Assembly: GCA_016839945.1 (NCBI GenBank)
Contig: JAEOTE010000038.1
Span: forward strand, 1-36,308
DNA from: Candidatus Heimdallarchaeota archaeon
GTDB taxonomy: Archaea; Asgardarchaeota; Heimdallarchaeia; Heimdallarchaeales; Heimdallarchaeaceae
Length of the DNA: 36,308 nucleotides
Direction: 5' to 3'
The position numbers and the translations under genes are program-made. The notes beneath the pieces were generated by a model. It was not told where the DNA came from. It made no database searches and worked only from the letters and a program-made list of their open reading frames with translations. Each line of letters starts with the position of its first letter. Within the stretch, counting starts at the first letter, position 1. Below, piece by piece: positions 1-8,407 of the stretch.

Positions 1-47
1 GTAAAACGTTGAAACGGTTTGAATAGTAACAAGAATTTCGAAGCCAA
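1..47 (-). CDS. secY: Preprotein translocase SecY/Sec61-alpha, N-terminal fragment (runs off window)
   Basis: Manual translation from TTG at 47: (M)ASKFLLLFKPFQRFT..., resembling Sec61-alpha N-termini (xFLxLxKPF); SD-like GGTGA at 53-57; canonical position after uL15. Confidence 0.85.
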   Translation of the reverse strand, partial: MASKFLLLFKPFQRF

Positions 48-87
48 TGAAATCACCGGTCTGATTTTAAACTCATACATGTAGTTC

Positions 88-96
88 TATTTATAA
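88..96 (-). promoter_or_regulatory. Putative TATA box for secY
   Basis: TTATAAATA on the minus strand about 40 nt upstream of the secY start, in the rpl15-secY gap. Confidence 0.4.
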
Positions 97-148
97 GTAT
101 TATTTTGCAATACTGTCATAAATAATATAAGATTTTAATTAATTTTAT

Positions 149-172
149 AAAATAAATAAAAAAAAGAGAAAA
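149..172 (-). terminator. Putative oligo-T terminator after rpl15
   Basis: Minus strand reads TTTTCTCTTTTTTTTATTTATTTT immediately after the rpl15 stop. Confidence 0.45.
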
Positions 173-173
173 T

Positions 174-617
174 TTATTTGTTTATTGTTACTTTTCCACC
201 AGCTTCTTTTATTTTCTCAATTGCTCTCTCACTTGCTTCTTTTATAGTGATTTTGAGAGGCACATTTACGTCTCCTTGAGCTAATAGTTTTTCGTAACCT
301 AATTCTGTTAAATTAATTTCAAGTAAATTCCCTTTTTGAACAGCGTTTCCTTCTTTTAAAAGTGTTGGAACCATTGCTTCAAGGTGAGATATGTTAACTA
401 CTTTCTTAACTTGCGGTATCCTTTGAGGGCGTTTAAATCCTCTTTTTCCCAATGGAGGTTGTATTCCAATAACTGTTTGTATCCAGTGATGAGTTTTTCG
501 TCCTGCTTGTCCAACTCCACCTCTCATTCCACTTTTTCTATGAGCTCTTGTTTTACCCCATCCATGAGATCTTGAACCTCGGTATTTTCTTCTTTTCTTT
601 TTTGTTCTTAAAGTCAT
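174..617 (-). CDS. rpl15: 50S ribosomal protein uL15
   Basis: RKYRGSRSHGWG...HRKSGMRGGVGQAG, GKRGF, KLLAQG, ASERAIEKIKEAGG; spc-cluster position. Confidence 0.97.
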   Translation of the reverse strand: MTLRTKKKRRKYRGSRSHGWGKTRAHRKSGMRGGVGQAGRKTHHWIQTVIGIQPPLGKRGFKRPQRIPQVKKVVNISHLEAMVPTLLKEGNAVQKGNLLEINLTELGYEKLLAQGDVNVPLKITIKEASERAIEKIKEAGGKVTINK

Positions 618-621
618 ATTA

Positions 622-1110
622 TCATGCCATCCTTACTATCAGCTCATTAATAGCTTCTCCTCTGTAACCTACATCTCCTCCTTCAGCAAAACCTTTCTTT
701 ATTGCTCTAAATCCTTTCCTCGCAGGATGTAGACGGAAGAATTTTTTCATATTAGGGATTTCTTTTAGAGATAGCTCCCCTTTATGTAAAGCTTTAGCTA
801 AGGAAGTTATGGTTGGGTAATCTGTGTTTTCCTTCACATACTTATCAGTTATACTAATTCTTCCTCTAAGTTCACCTCTTTTCCTAAGAACATGTTCTAA
901 TACCTTCGGGTTTATCTCTCCCCAAGTAATAAAATTTCTAGCTTTATTTAGCATTCCTAGATTAGATGGTGTGTTAGACATTAAAGTCATATAGTTTGTT
1001 CTTCTAACATTCAGTAAATCTAGAGTTTCTTGTACTTTGAAGTGAACGTTAACTGTCCCTCTTAAACGAATAACAGCAAGTAAAGTTGTTTTTTCTTGTT
1101 CTTGACTCAA
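622..1110 (-). CDS. rpl30: 50S ribosomal protein uL30 (long archaeal type)
   Basis: AVIRLRG, FITWGE, FRLHPARKGF, GYRGEAINELIVRM. Start moved to TTG at 1110 because AGGTGA lies just upstream and the track start (1137) overlaps rps5. Confidence 0.95.
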   Translation of the reverse strand: MSQEQEKTTLLAVIRLRGTVNVHFKVQETLDLLNVRRTNYMTLMSNTPSNLGMLNKARNFITWGEINPKVLEHVLRKRGELRGRISITDKYVKENTDYPTITSLAKALHKGELSLKEIPNMKKFFRLHPARKGFRAIKKGFAEGGDVGYRGEAINELIVRMA

Positions 1111-1124
1111 TATTATCACCTGTT

Positions 1125-1769
1125 TTATCTTGTCCAATCATAAGGAGCCATTATTGAGTATGTGTTCTTCAATGCTTCAAATGTTGCTTTAGCAAAGTTT
1201 GATGTGGTTCTGGTTTCACCAAAAGTTTTACTCCAAACATCAGCAATTCCTGCTAGTTCTAGTACAGTTTTTGCTGTATTCCCAACAACTAATCCTAAAC
1301 CTCGAGGTGCAGGATAGAGGATAACTTCTGTTGAACCAACTTTACCAGTAACTTTGTAGGGAACTGTGTGTGGAGTACCACAAGAACATTCCCATGATCC
1401 ACACCCGCTTCTAATTGGTCTAATATTGAGTTTAGCATTAGTCATCGCTTTCTTAATAGCTGGTCCTATCTCTTTTAATTTAGCTTCACCTACTCCAACA
1501 TATCCCTTCTTGTTTCCAACAACGACAGTTGCACGAAACTTACGCTTTCTTCCTGCATCTGTTTGTCTTTGTACTAGACTAATGTCTACAACATCATCTT
1601 CAAGAGTGTCTCCAAAAAGCAAATCTACAATTTCTGGTTCAGCCAGAGGTAATCCCTGTTGAAAGAGTTCATCTATTGTAGTTATTCTGCCTTCTTTTAC
1701 TAACCTACCTACGTGTGTTCGAGGTTTCCATTCCTCCAAATCTAAATACATATTACTGCTCATCTTCAT
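1125..1769 (-). CDS. rps5: 30S ribosomal protein uS5
   Basis: [48 protein letters not shown]. Confidence 0.98.
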   Translation of the reverse strand: MKMSSNMYLDLEEWKPRTHVGRLVKEGRITTIDELFQQGLPLAEPEIVDLLFGDTLEDDVVDISLVQRQTDAGRKRKFRATVVVGNKKGYVGVGEAKLKEIGPAIKKAMTNAKLNIRPIRSGCGSWECSCGTPHTVPYKVTGKVGSTEVILYPAPRGLGLVVGNTAKTVLELAGIADVWSKTFGETRTTSNFAKATFEALKNTYSIMAPYDWTR

Positions 1770-1770
1770 C

Positions 1771-2418
1771 TTACTCCGTAGTATCTATTTTTGCTTTTGT
1801 TTCCTTGAATATGTTAGGTATATCTTCAGGTTTAACATTTACTTCAATATATTTTGAGAAATGTTTGTTGTATTTTTCTTTATCTTCTTTTGCTAAAATC
1901 TTAGCATACGATTTAATGTGTTCTCCCTTGATTCTATCTTCAGAAGGCAACATTTTTTCATTACATGGAATTTCAACTCCAGCATCAACAACACCTTTTA
2001 GTGTGGCAAATATTTTAGTTCCTGGATTTGGTGTATGAATACCTATATCCAAAATGGCTTCTTTTATTTTCAACTTCAAAGCTCTTTTTCCAGCAAGATA
2101 ACCTGTTAGGTATGCGGCTGGAAGATTTGATGTTGTTATTTGCCATCCATATTTTTTCAAATCTGAAGATCTTGTTTGGGTAAAAGTTCTGTCACCGCCT
2201 ACTTTTGACTCAACAAATTGTACTAAAACCTGTTTGTTCGAAGGTCTTGCAACAAATCTTATTTTACCTGATTTTAAGAGGCGCTTTCGTTGTTGATAGT
2301 CTGTCTTCATTTCTCTGCGTCTTCTAAAGGGGACTCTATATAAAGGTCCAAATCTTCTTTTCTTTTGTTGTAAACTCCTTTTTTTCCTAATAGCTCTTTT
2401 TCCTCGTCTTGTAGACAT
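1771..2418 (-). CDS. rpl18: 50S ribosomal protein uL18 with basic N-terminal extension
   Basis: [52 protein letters not shown]. Confidence 0.97.
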   Translation of the reverse strand: MSTRRGKRAIRKKRSLQQKKRRFGPLYRVPFRRRREMKTDYQQRKRLLKSGKIRFVARPSNKQVLVQFVESKVGGDRTFTQTRSSDLKKYGWQITTSNLPAAYLTGYLAGKRALKLKIKEAILDIGIHTPNPGTKIFATLKGVVDAGVEIPCNEKMLPSEDRIKGEHIKSYAKILAKEDKEKYNKHFSKYIEVNVKPEDIPNIFKETKAKIDTTE

Positions 2419-2430
2419 CTTCTCACCTCA

Positions 2431-2895
2431 TTACAATTCCGGAAGACGTTTCTTTGCTAAACCATGCTCAGCAATATAATTCCGTAAATAGCGAACGGAT
2501 CTGAAAAGACCACCTTTAGATTGGAGATACAATTTACGATAGTTCAAGGTATCTATGTATCCTTCATCTCTTAATTGTTTCAGAAACTTTCTTTGTGCTC
2601 TAATTTTATTTATCCACCTTTTTTTACTAGAAAGACGAGAGTACTTTGGTCCTTTACGACTTCCAGGACCAATTCTTTGTCCTCTTTTCTTTTTAGCGGC
2701 AACTGCTCGAGCACGTCCTCTACTAACACCTTGAATCTTTCTTTTTCTTATGTCTCCATCATCAATATGGCGTCTAACATCTTCTCTGGTTATTGCTAGA
2801 GAAAGATCGCTTAAACTATCAGGATCAATTTTAACTCTATTAACGCCAACTTTCATGATTTTAGCTGCTATTCTTCTTTGTGTTTTTACGTCCAT
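2431..2895 (-). CDS. rpl19e: 50S ribosomal protein eL19
   Basis: QRRIAAKIMKVGVNRV, AITREDVR, GPGSRKG, WINKIRAQR, YRKLYLQSKGG. Confidence 0.97.
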   Translation of the reverse strand: MDVKTQRRIAAKIMKVGVNRVKIDPDSLSDLSLAITREDVRRHIDDGDIRKRKIQGVSRGRARAVAAKKKRGQRIGPGSRKGPKYSRLSSKKRWINKIRAQRKFLKQLRDEGYIDTLNYRKLYLQSKGGLFRSVRYLRNYIAEHGLAKKRLPEL

Positions 2896-2915
2896 ATGTA
2901 ATCACATCATCTATT

Positions 2916-3452
2916 TTAACTAGAATCATCATCTGATTCATCTAGTTCATCTAATTCTAGGTCTTCATCTAGTTCGAAATCTTCTTCGAACTCATCATCA
3001 ATATCTTCAAGTAATTCATATTCTTCTTCAAGTATAGCTTCCTCTAAAACATCACCAATCTCTTCAATCCTAGCTGGTGGGTTTAAGATTTTTAAGCCTA
3101 AATCAGCGGCATTATCAAGAATTTGCTGTCTTTTTCTACTCCCCACTGTATGTTTAATCATTACAGCTTCTGTTTCTTTATCAACAGCTTCTAATTCATA
3201 GATATTAGCAACATGAACTACCTGATATCCTGAAGGATGTAAACCTCTGACAGCTTTAGGGCCACGATAACCTATTTTTACCATTGGAGGATAACCTTTA
3301 CGTTTTTCTTTCATCTTGTTGTCAATTCCTTTAGGTTTTCTCCAACTTTTTTTTACTCTTTTATAGCGCCAGCTCTCTTGTCTGACAAATTTAGGTCTTC
3401 GAGCACTAATTTTGCTGCGTTTTTTCAATAATTTCTTTATATCGACTGTCAT
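2916..3452 (-). CDS. rpl32e: 50S ribosomal protein eL32 with acidic C-terminal tail
   Basis: RPKFVRQESWRYKR, WRKPKGIDNKM, GYRGPKAVRGLHPSG, KILNP, then a 49-aa D/E-rich tail. Confidence 0.97.
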   Translation of the reverse strand: MTVDIKKLLKKRSKISARRPKFVRQESWRYKRVKKSWRKPKGIDNKMKEKRKGYPPMVKIGYRGPKAVRGLHPSGYQVVHVANIYELEAVDKETEAVMIKHTVGSRKRQQILDNAADLGLKILNPPARIEEIGDVLEEAILEEEYELLEDIDDEFEEDFELDEDLELDELDESDDDSS

Positions 3453-3644
3453 AGGTACTCACAGTAGAATGTTACCTAACTTATGTGGTATGCTATCACT
3501 TTTACTGGAGTTTTTAATACTTTTTATTGTTAAGATTTTTATTAATCAAGAAAAAAATCTGAATATACACAATTTAGTGTCATTTTTTATTTTCAATCAT
3601 GCCCCCCAAATTGTTTTAAAGTTATAAAATATACAACACTCATC

Positions 3645-4460
3645 ATGGCGAAAACATTAGAGGATATTATTAACTCTCTTGGAAACCTTTGTGATAAAGA
3701 AATCCATCAAAAAAAGGGCTTCGGAATAGAGTTTGGTACAGATTCACTTATTAAAATTCAATCCACAAATGTAAAAGGGATCGTTGTTTCACCTTTTGTA
3801 AACCTAAAGTTAACTCACTTTATGAACGACAATAAAACAAATCTAGCAATAACCGTTCTTCCTCTTTCTATTGTTAAAAATAAATTTCCTCTTTCTGAAA
3901 GAGATTTTGAATTGCTTCGCTCACTAGTACTGAATAATTTGAAAACAGCAAGATTGCCAGAAGAATGGTTGTATCTTTCAAAAGGTGCTTTTCCATATTT
4001 TCTTCAAACATTAGGCATAAGCAAAACTAAGCAAGATTTAATACCTCTTTCTTCAGAAAAGAAGATTCCAAATTGGGTACTCTCTTCCATTGTGTATGAT
4101 GATTTTCTTAATTCCTTAAGCCATTCATGTAAAAAATGGGTGACATATTCCTACGCTCCAGAAAATGTTGAAATATCTTTAGTGTTAGAAAAAGACTTCT
4201 TCAATCTAGATGAAATTAAATCACTTAAAGAAAATGGTGCTAATACTGTTATTAGTTTTGCACTAGATTCAAGAAATATTCCACTGTACAAAGAGAATAA
4301 GATGAATATCCTTTATTTACCATTTCTTGATTATTGTAATCTATCACTGAGAAAATTCTCTCAACTCTTGCAACTAGAGTCAGATGTCAATACATTATTT
4401 TATCCTCAAGAAACAGATAGCTGGCTATCATATAAAGAATTAAAAGATAAATCTCTATAA
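3645..4460 (+). CDS. Divergent Nif3/DUF34-like protein, probably lacking metal ligands
   Basis: N-terminal pattern LEDIINSL..GIEFG..VKGIVVS..NLAITVLPL parallels Nif3 (GLQVG..VKKILVA..DLIITHHPL) and the length fits, but the His ligands are absent. Confidence 0.5.
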   Translation: MAKTLEDIINSLGNLCDKEIHQKKGFGIEFGTDSLIKIQSTNVKGIVVSPFVNLKLTHFMNDNKTNLAITVLPLSIVKNKFPLSERDFELLRSLVLNNLKTARLPEEWLYLSKGAFPYFLQTLGISKTKQDLIPLSSEKKIPNWVLSSIVYDDFLNSLSHSCKKWVTYSYAPENVEISLVLEKDFFNLDEIKSLKENGANTVISFALDSRNIPLYKENKMNILYLPFLDYCNLSLRKFSQLLQLESDVNTLFYPQETDSWLSYKELKDKSL

Positions 4461-4491
4461 AGAGTCTGTAAGTTAAAATTGGGGGAGTAAA

Positions 4492-5817
4492 ATGGAATCT
4501 CTAATACCTACAATTATCTATGTGTTAACAGAAATAGATACTGGTAACTCATCGAGAGTAACATTAAGATCAACTGTCTCTAATAAGAAACTAACTAGAG
4601 ATGATGAATCAACACTTTACTATCTAACATTTGAGATTCTAAGAATAATGAACGTTGTAGATCTTTTTATAAAAATGAGTTCTTCTTCATTCTCACTCAA
4701 GAAAATAAAACCTAAAACGAGGTCTCTTCTTCGATTAGCGACATTTCTTCTAAAGGTAGAAAAAAAACCCATTGAATATGTAAACGAAATTCTAGAACCA
4801 CATTATAAACAAATTGAATCTTTACAATTAAGCACAATTCTAGTCTCAATCCAAGAAATTACAGAAACTCAACTTTATGAGAACAAACATGATTTAGCTT
4901 CAAGATTTTCGATAAAATATTATACACCAACATGGATAATTAGGAAATTTCTCAGTAGATGGAATGAGAAATTTACAAAGGATTTACTTGCTTCATTCTT
5001 ACAAAACCTTCCAATGTATGTAAGAGTAAACGCACTCAAGGCTAATCTCAAGCAAATTATCAGTGTATTCGAAGATAAGAATATAGATTATGAGTTGGTT
5101 AAAGAAATTCGAAATCTAATAAAGATTATTTATAGTGAGACCCCTATACCTAGACTGCCTGAATTTGATGAAGGGAAATTTGTAATACAACAAAAAGCTT
5201 CAGCTCTAGTATCTCATGTTTTAGATCCAAAACCCGGTGAAAAAATCTTAGATATGTGTGCATCACCAGGAGGAAAAACATCCCATATTGCAGCAATACT
5301 TGGAAGTGGTGAAAACATAGAAGCTATTGATATTAATGAAGATCGAATAAAGATTCTAGTTAAAAGGTTAGAGCTCTTAGGAGTAAAACCAACAAAAATT
5401 ATTAAGTCAGATTCAAGAACGTTTTACAAAAAATCTAAAACTAAATTTGATAAAATCCTTCTTGATCCCCCTTGTTCAAGTTCAGGAACTTATTCTTCAA
5501 GACCTGAAATGAAATGGAGGTTAAAACAACGCGATTTAAGATGGTATACAAACCTACAATCTGATTTGCTTAAATCTGCTTCCAAACTTATTGAAACGGA
5601 AGGTTGCATTGTGTATTCAACATGTTCACTGTTTCAAGAAGAGAATCACAATATCATTTCAGCATTTCTTAGAGAGAACACTAATTTTTCTTTAGTTGAA
5701 GCAACCCCAATGCTAGGTCTGTTCTCGGAATTATTAGAGAATAAAGCTCAAGAGCTATATCCACATCTACATGAAACAGAAGGTTTTTTCATTGCAAAAA
5801 TAAAAAAAGAGGATTAA
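4492..5817 (+). CDS. RsmB/NOP2/NSUN family RNA m5C methyltransferase with NusB-like N-terminal region
   Basis: RVNALK, QQKAS, LDMCASPGGKT, LDPPCSSSG (motif IV Cys), YSTCS (motif VI Cys), EEN, EGFFIAK. Confidence 0.93.
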   Translation: MESLIPTIIYVLTEIDTGNSSRVTLRSTVSNKKLTRDDESTLYYLTFEILRIMNVVDLFIKMSSSSFSLKKIKPKTRSLLRLATFLLKVEKKPIEYVNEILEPHYKQIESLQLSTILVSIQEITETQLYENKHDLASRFSIKYYTPTWIIRKFLSRWNEKFTKDLLASFLQNLPMYVRVNALKANLKQIISVFEDKNIDYELVKEIRNLIKIIYSETPIPRLPEFDEGKFVIQQKASALVSHVLDPKPGEKILDMCASPGGKTSHIAAILGSGENIEAIDINEDRIKILVKRLELLGVKPTKIIKSDSRTFYKKSKTKFDKILLDPPCSSSGTYSSRPEMKWRLKQRDLRWYTNLQSDLLKSASKLIETEGCIVYSTCSLFQEENHNIISAFLRENTNFSLVEATPMLGLFSELLENKAQELYPHLHETEGFFIAKIKKED

Positions 5818-5847
5818 GTTAATCCATATTATTTTATGTTGTTGATT

Positions 5848-6477
5848 TTAGTATATTTTATCTAACAGAGATTCTATTTTTTTGATTAATTCTGCTTTTA
5901 ACTTATGTCTTGGTGGTTTTTCCATTTCTTTTACGCTTTGAACACTTGTGTCAAAAAGTATTTTGTTTGCTAAAGTTTTTACAACTTCTTCTACATCATA
6001 GGTACTTTCTGTTTCATAAGAACTTAATCTATCATGACTTACTTTTGTTTCTTTAGGAATCTCGATTGTTTCAAAGATATCTTTACTCATGGCGTTTGCA
6101 ATAGGTTGAGTTAATGTTCTGGTTTTCTCACCATAAACATAACTAGGTTGTTGAATATCTGCTTCAGGCTCTATTTTAATGTCTGTAGGTTTTTCTTCCA
6201 GTTTGTTAATTATGTACGACAATAATCGATCCTTGTCTTCAGGTTCGATATTTATCACTTGATATTTTGATCCTTTTTTTGTCCTCAGGTTAGTTGCAGC
6301 TCTACCTGCTGAATAAGCTAACGAGCTTGATATACCTGTTTTTCTAAAAATGAATATTTTTCGATCTTTTCTATCTACAATTAGGAATGCATCCCCTTCA
6401 TGTAAGAAACTTTCCTTTATCGGAGGTACTTCATGATAACTCCCATCCTTTTGTACAGAGAATATTCTTAGAACCAC
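5848..6477 (-). CDS. Single-domain gelsolin-like protein with linker and C-terminal helical segment
   Basis: LRIFSV..EVPPIKESFLHEGDAFLIVD..KIFIF..AGRAATNLR..VINIE matches the gelsolin-repeat pattern (RLF.V..EVP.S.SS.N.GD.FILD..IY.W..A..LA..IR). GTG start after GGGGTGA. Confidence 0.65.
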   Translation of the reverse strand: MVLRIFSVQKDGSYHEVPPIKESFLHEGDAFLIVDRKDRKIFIFRKTGISSSLAYSAGRAATNLRTKKGSKYQVINIEPEDKDRLLSYIINKLEEKPTDIKIEPEADIQQPSYVYGEKTRTLTQPIANAMSKDIFETIEIPKETKVSHDRLSSYETESTYDVEEVVKTLANKILFDTSVQSVKEMEKPPRHKLKAELIKKIESLLDKIY

Positions 6478-6542
6478 TAAGTTTCACCCCATTTAAAATA
6501 ATAGGGCAACTTCATAAATAAGAATTTCCTTTTCCATCTAAA

Positions 6543-7283
6543 TTAAGAATCATATACCGTAGGATCACTATTTTTTGTGTCTAGGAATGCTCTTTTTCGT
6601 CTTTGACATGATTCACATCTACCACAGTGAATAGGTTTTCTATCATCAGACCAGTTCTTAACATTATAACAAGATGAGGTATAAACTAAAGGTGCTTTTT
6701 TCTCAATTAGAAATGAAACAATGCCTCCCTTTATAGAATCACTAAATGGAGATTTGACAGAAACTTTATTTACACACCCTAAGGATATTGCTTGATTCAT
6801 TCTATTTACGAATTCTAGAGTATTATCTGGAAAGCTTTCTCCTTCCTCCTTATTTGCACCAAACACAATGTCAACAGGTTCCATAAGACTATCTGCTAAA
6901 GATGCAGCTGTTGACAAGAATAAGATGTTTCTACCTGGTATCCAAACTTTCTTTGCAGTCTCAAGTGTTAGATTTTTGTTGTTTAACTGACTAAAATCTT
7001 TAATTTCAGGGGGATCATCAAGTGTTTTAATAAGGGATGATTTGGAATTCAACCCAAATTCTCCTAGAAATGGAAGAGAAATGATTTTTGATTCAATGGA
7101 GAGTAGAGATGAAAAATACTCGTTTGTAAATTGAATAACTTGATCTTCTTTGCTATTATAAATGAAGCTCAAGAGAATTATATTACTATATTTTTGTTTT
7201 GCCCAATATAAACAAGCAGTTGAGTCAATTCCTCCTGAAAACAAAACAATTGCTGTTGTGATAATTACCACCTTATATTTCAT
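6543..7283 (-). CDS. queC: 7-cyano-7-deazaguanine synthase
   Basis: LFSGGIDS PP-loop, WIPGRNILF, FPDN, Zn motif SCY...HCGRCESC..R; cluster context. Confidence 0.95.
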   Translation of the reverse strand: MKYKVVIITTAIVLFSGGIDSTACLYWAKQKYSNIILLSFIYNSKEDQVIQFTNEYFSSLLSIESKIISLPFLGEFGLNSKSSLIKTLDDPPEIKDFSQLNNKNLTLETAKKVWIPGRNILFLSTAASLADSLMEPVDIVFGANKEEGESFPDNTLEFVNRMNQAISLGCVNKVSVKSPFSDSIKGGIVSFLIEKKAPLVYTSSCYNVKNWSDDRKPIHCGRCESCQRRKRAFLDTKNSDPTVYDS

Positions 7284-7315
7284 GTTTATTTTGTATTATT
7301 GCTGTATTATATACC

Positions 7316-7771
7316 CTAATTACCTGAATATATCACCTTACATGTTGGAGTTTCAGCAATTTCTACTGTGATTTTAAATTGTGGATATTCTTCTTTAATT
7401 AAATCATGTATGTATTTAGATAGAAGCTCTACTGTTGTTGATTCTAATGGAAGAAGTACGACATCTACTTTGGGAAAACGATAACGTCTACCATCACATG
7501 TCAAAATAATTACTTGTTTATCATCCATTTCAATATCGAGATCTTTACTTCTCTGAGGGAGAAGAATTTTGTGATCAAGTTTTACTAATATTTCTCCAAC
7601 TTTTGATTTAAATATACTAAAATCAATTATCATATTGCGCTTATCTAACTCACCTTCAATTTCAACTTCTACTTGATAATTATGACCATGAAGTCGAGCA
7701 CATTTATCATGTCTTGTTAACATATGGGCTGATGCTATAGTTAATTTATCTCCAGATATTCTCAATTTCAT
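7316..7771 (-). CDS. queD: 6-carboxy-5,6,7,8-tetrahydropterin synthase
   Basis: SAH...CARLHGHNY, IDF, LDHK, TTVE, C-terminal ET. Confidence 0.93.
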   Translation of the reverse strand: MKLRISGDKLTIASAHMLTRHDKCARLHGHNYQVEVEIEGELDKRNMIIDFSIFKSKVGEILVKLDHKILLPQRSKDLDIEMDDKQVIILTCDGRRYRFPKVDVVLLPLESTTVELLSKYIHDLIKEEYPQFKITVEIAETPTCKVIYSGN

Positions 7772-7780
7772 GTTCTTCCC

Positions 7781-8407
7781 CTATATAGATCTAGTTTTCA
7801 TTATATCTTCTTTTACTTTATGAATCTCTTCAATGTATTGTTCAGTTATCTTTAAAATCCAACCTTTAATCTGACTTTCTTGCATACCTATTTCTAATAA
7901 TCCTAATGCATCCACATGAGATGGGAAACCGGTATTCCCTACATTAATTCCAAAATGAATTTTACCACTTGATGCTCCAATTGTAGCAATCCCAACATTA
8001 AGTTTCTTTCCATTTATATAAATATCAGTTCCAATTCTATTTGTCTTTATTCCTTCTTCTTCCAGCTTCTCAATGACAATTTGAGTAAGAATTCTTAATC
8101 TGTAATATTCTATTTCAAGATTAGGAGGCTGAGTATCGAACTCTTCAATAATGAAATGAATGCAGTCATCTGAACTAATTAAAATCTCGTTTAAATGCGA
8201 TTCCCTTAAGATGTCTTTGATGTCTACCATCTCATCGGGTGATAGTTTCATCCCACCTCTAAAGATAAGAATACTGTTTCCTATGGTTTCATAATTATTT
8301 GCAGTGTATTGGCTTGATAGCTGTGATCCATTATAGATTATTTGATTATTAAAATCTTCAACCACAATTTTGTATGTTTGTTTTTCAATTATTTCCATTT
8401 CCTTCAT
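7781..8407 (-). CDS. DUF366 family protein (biotin/lipoate-ligase-like fold)
   Basis: YNGSQL, IFRG, EMVDIKD, HFIIE, GTDIYINGKKLNVGIAT, KIHFGIN; ATGA overlap with mptA. Confidence 0.8.
   Translation of the reverse strand: MKEMEIIEKQTYKIVVEDFNNQIIYNGSQLSSQYTANNYETIGNSILIFRGGMKLSPDEMVDIKDILRESHLNEILISSDDCIHFIIEEFDTQPPNLEIEYYRLRILTQIVIEKLEEEGIKTNRIGTDIYINGKKLNVGIATIGASSGKIHFGINVGNTGFPSHVDALGLLEIGMQESQIKGWILKITEQYIEEIHKVKEDIMKTRSI

Noticed and set aside
384-3627. Short plus-strand ORFs (384..575, 1366..1662, 1715..2038, 2575..2799, 3412..3627)
   Set aside because: Antisense shadows wholly or partly overlapping well-supported r-protein genes; no motifs.
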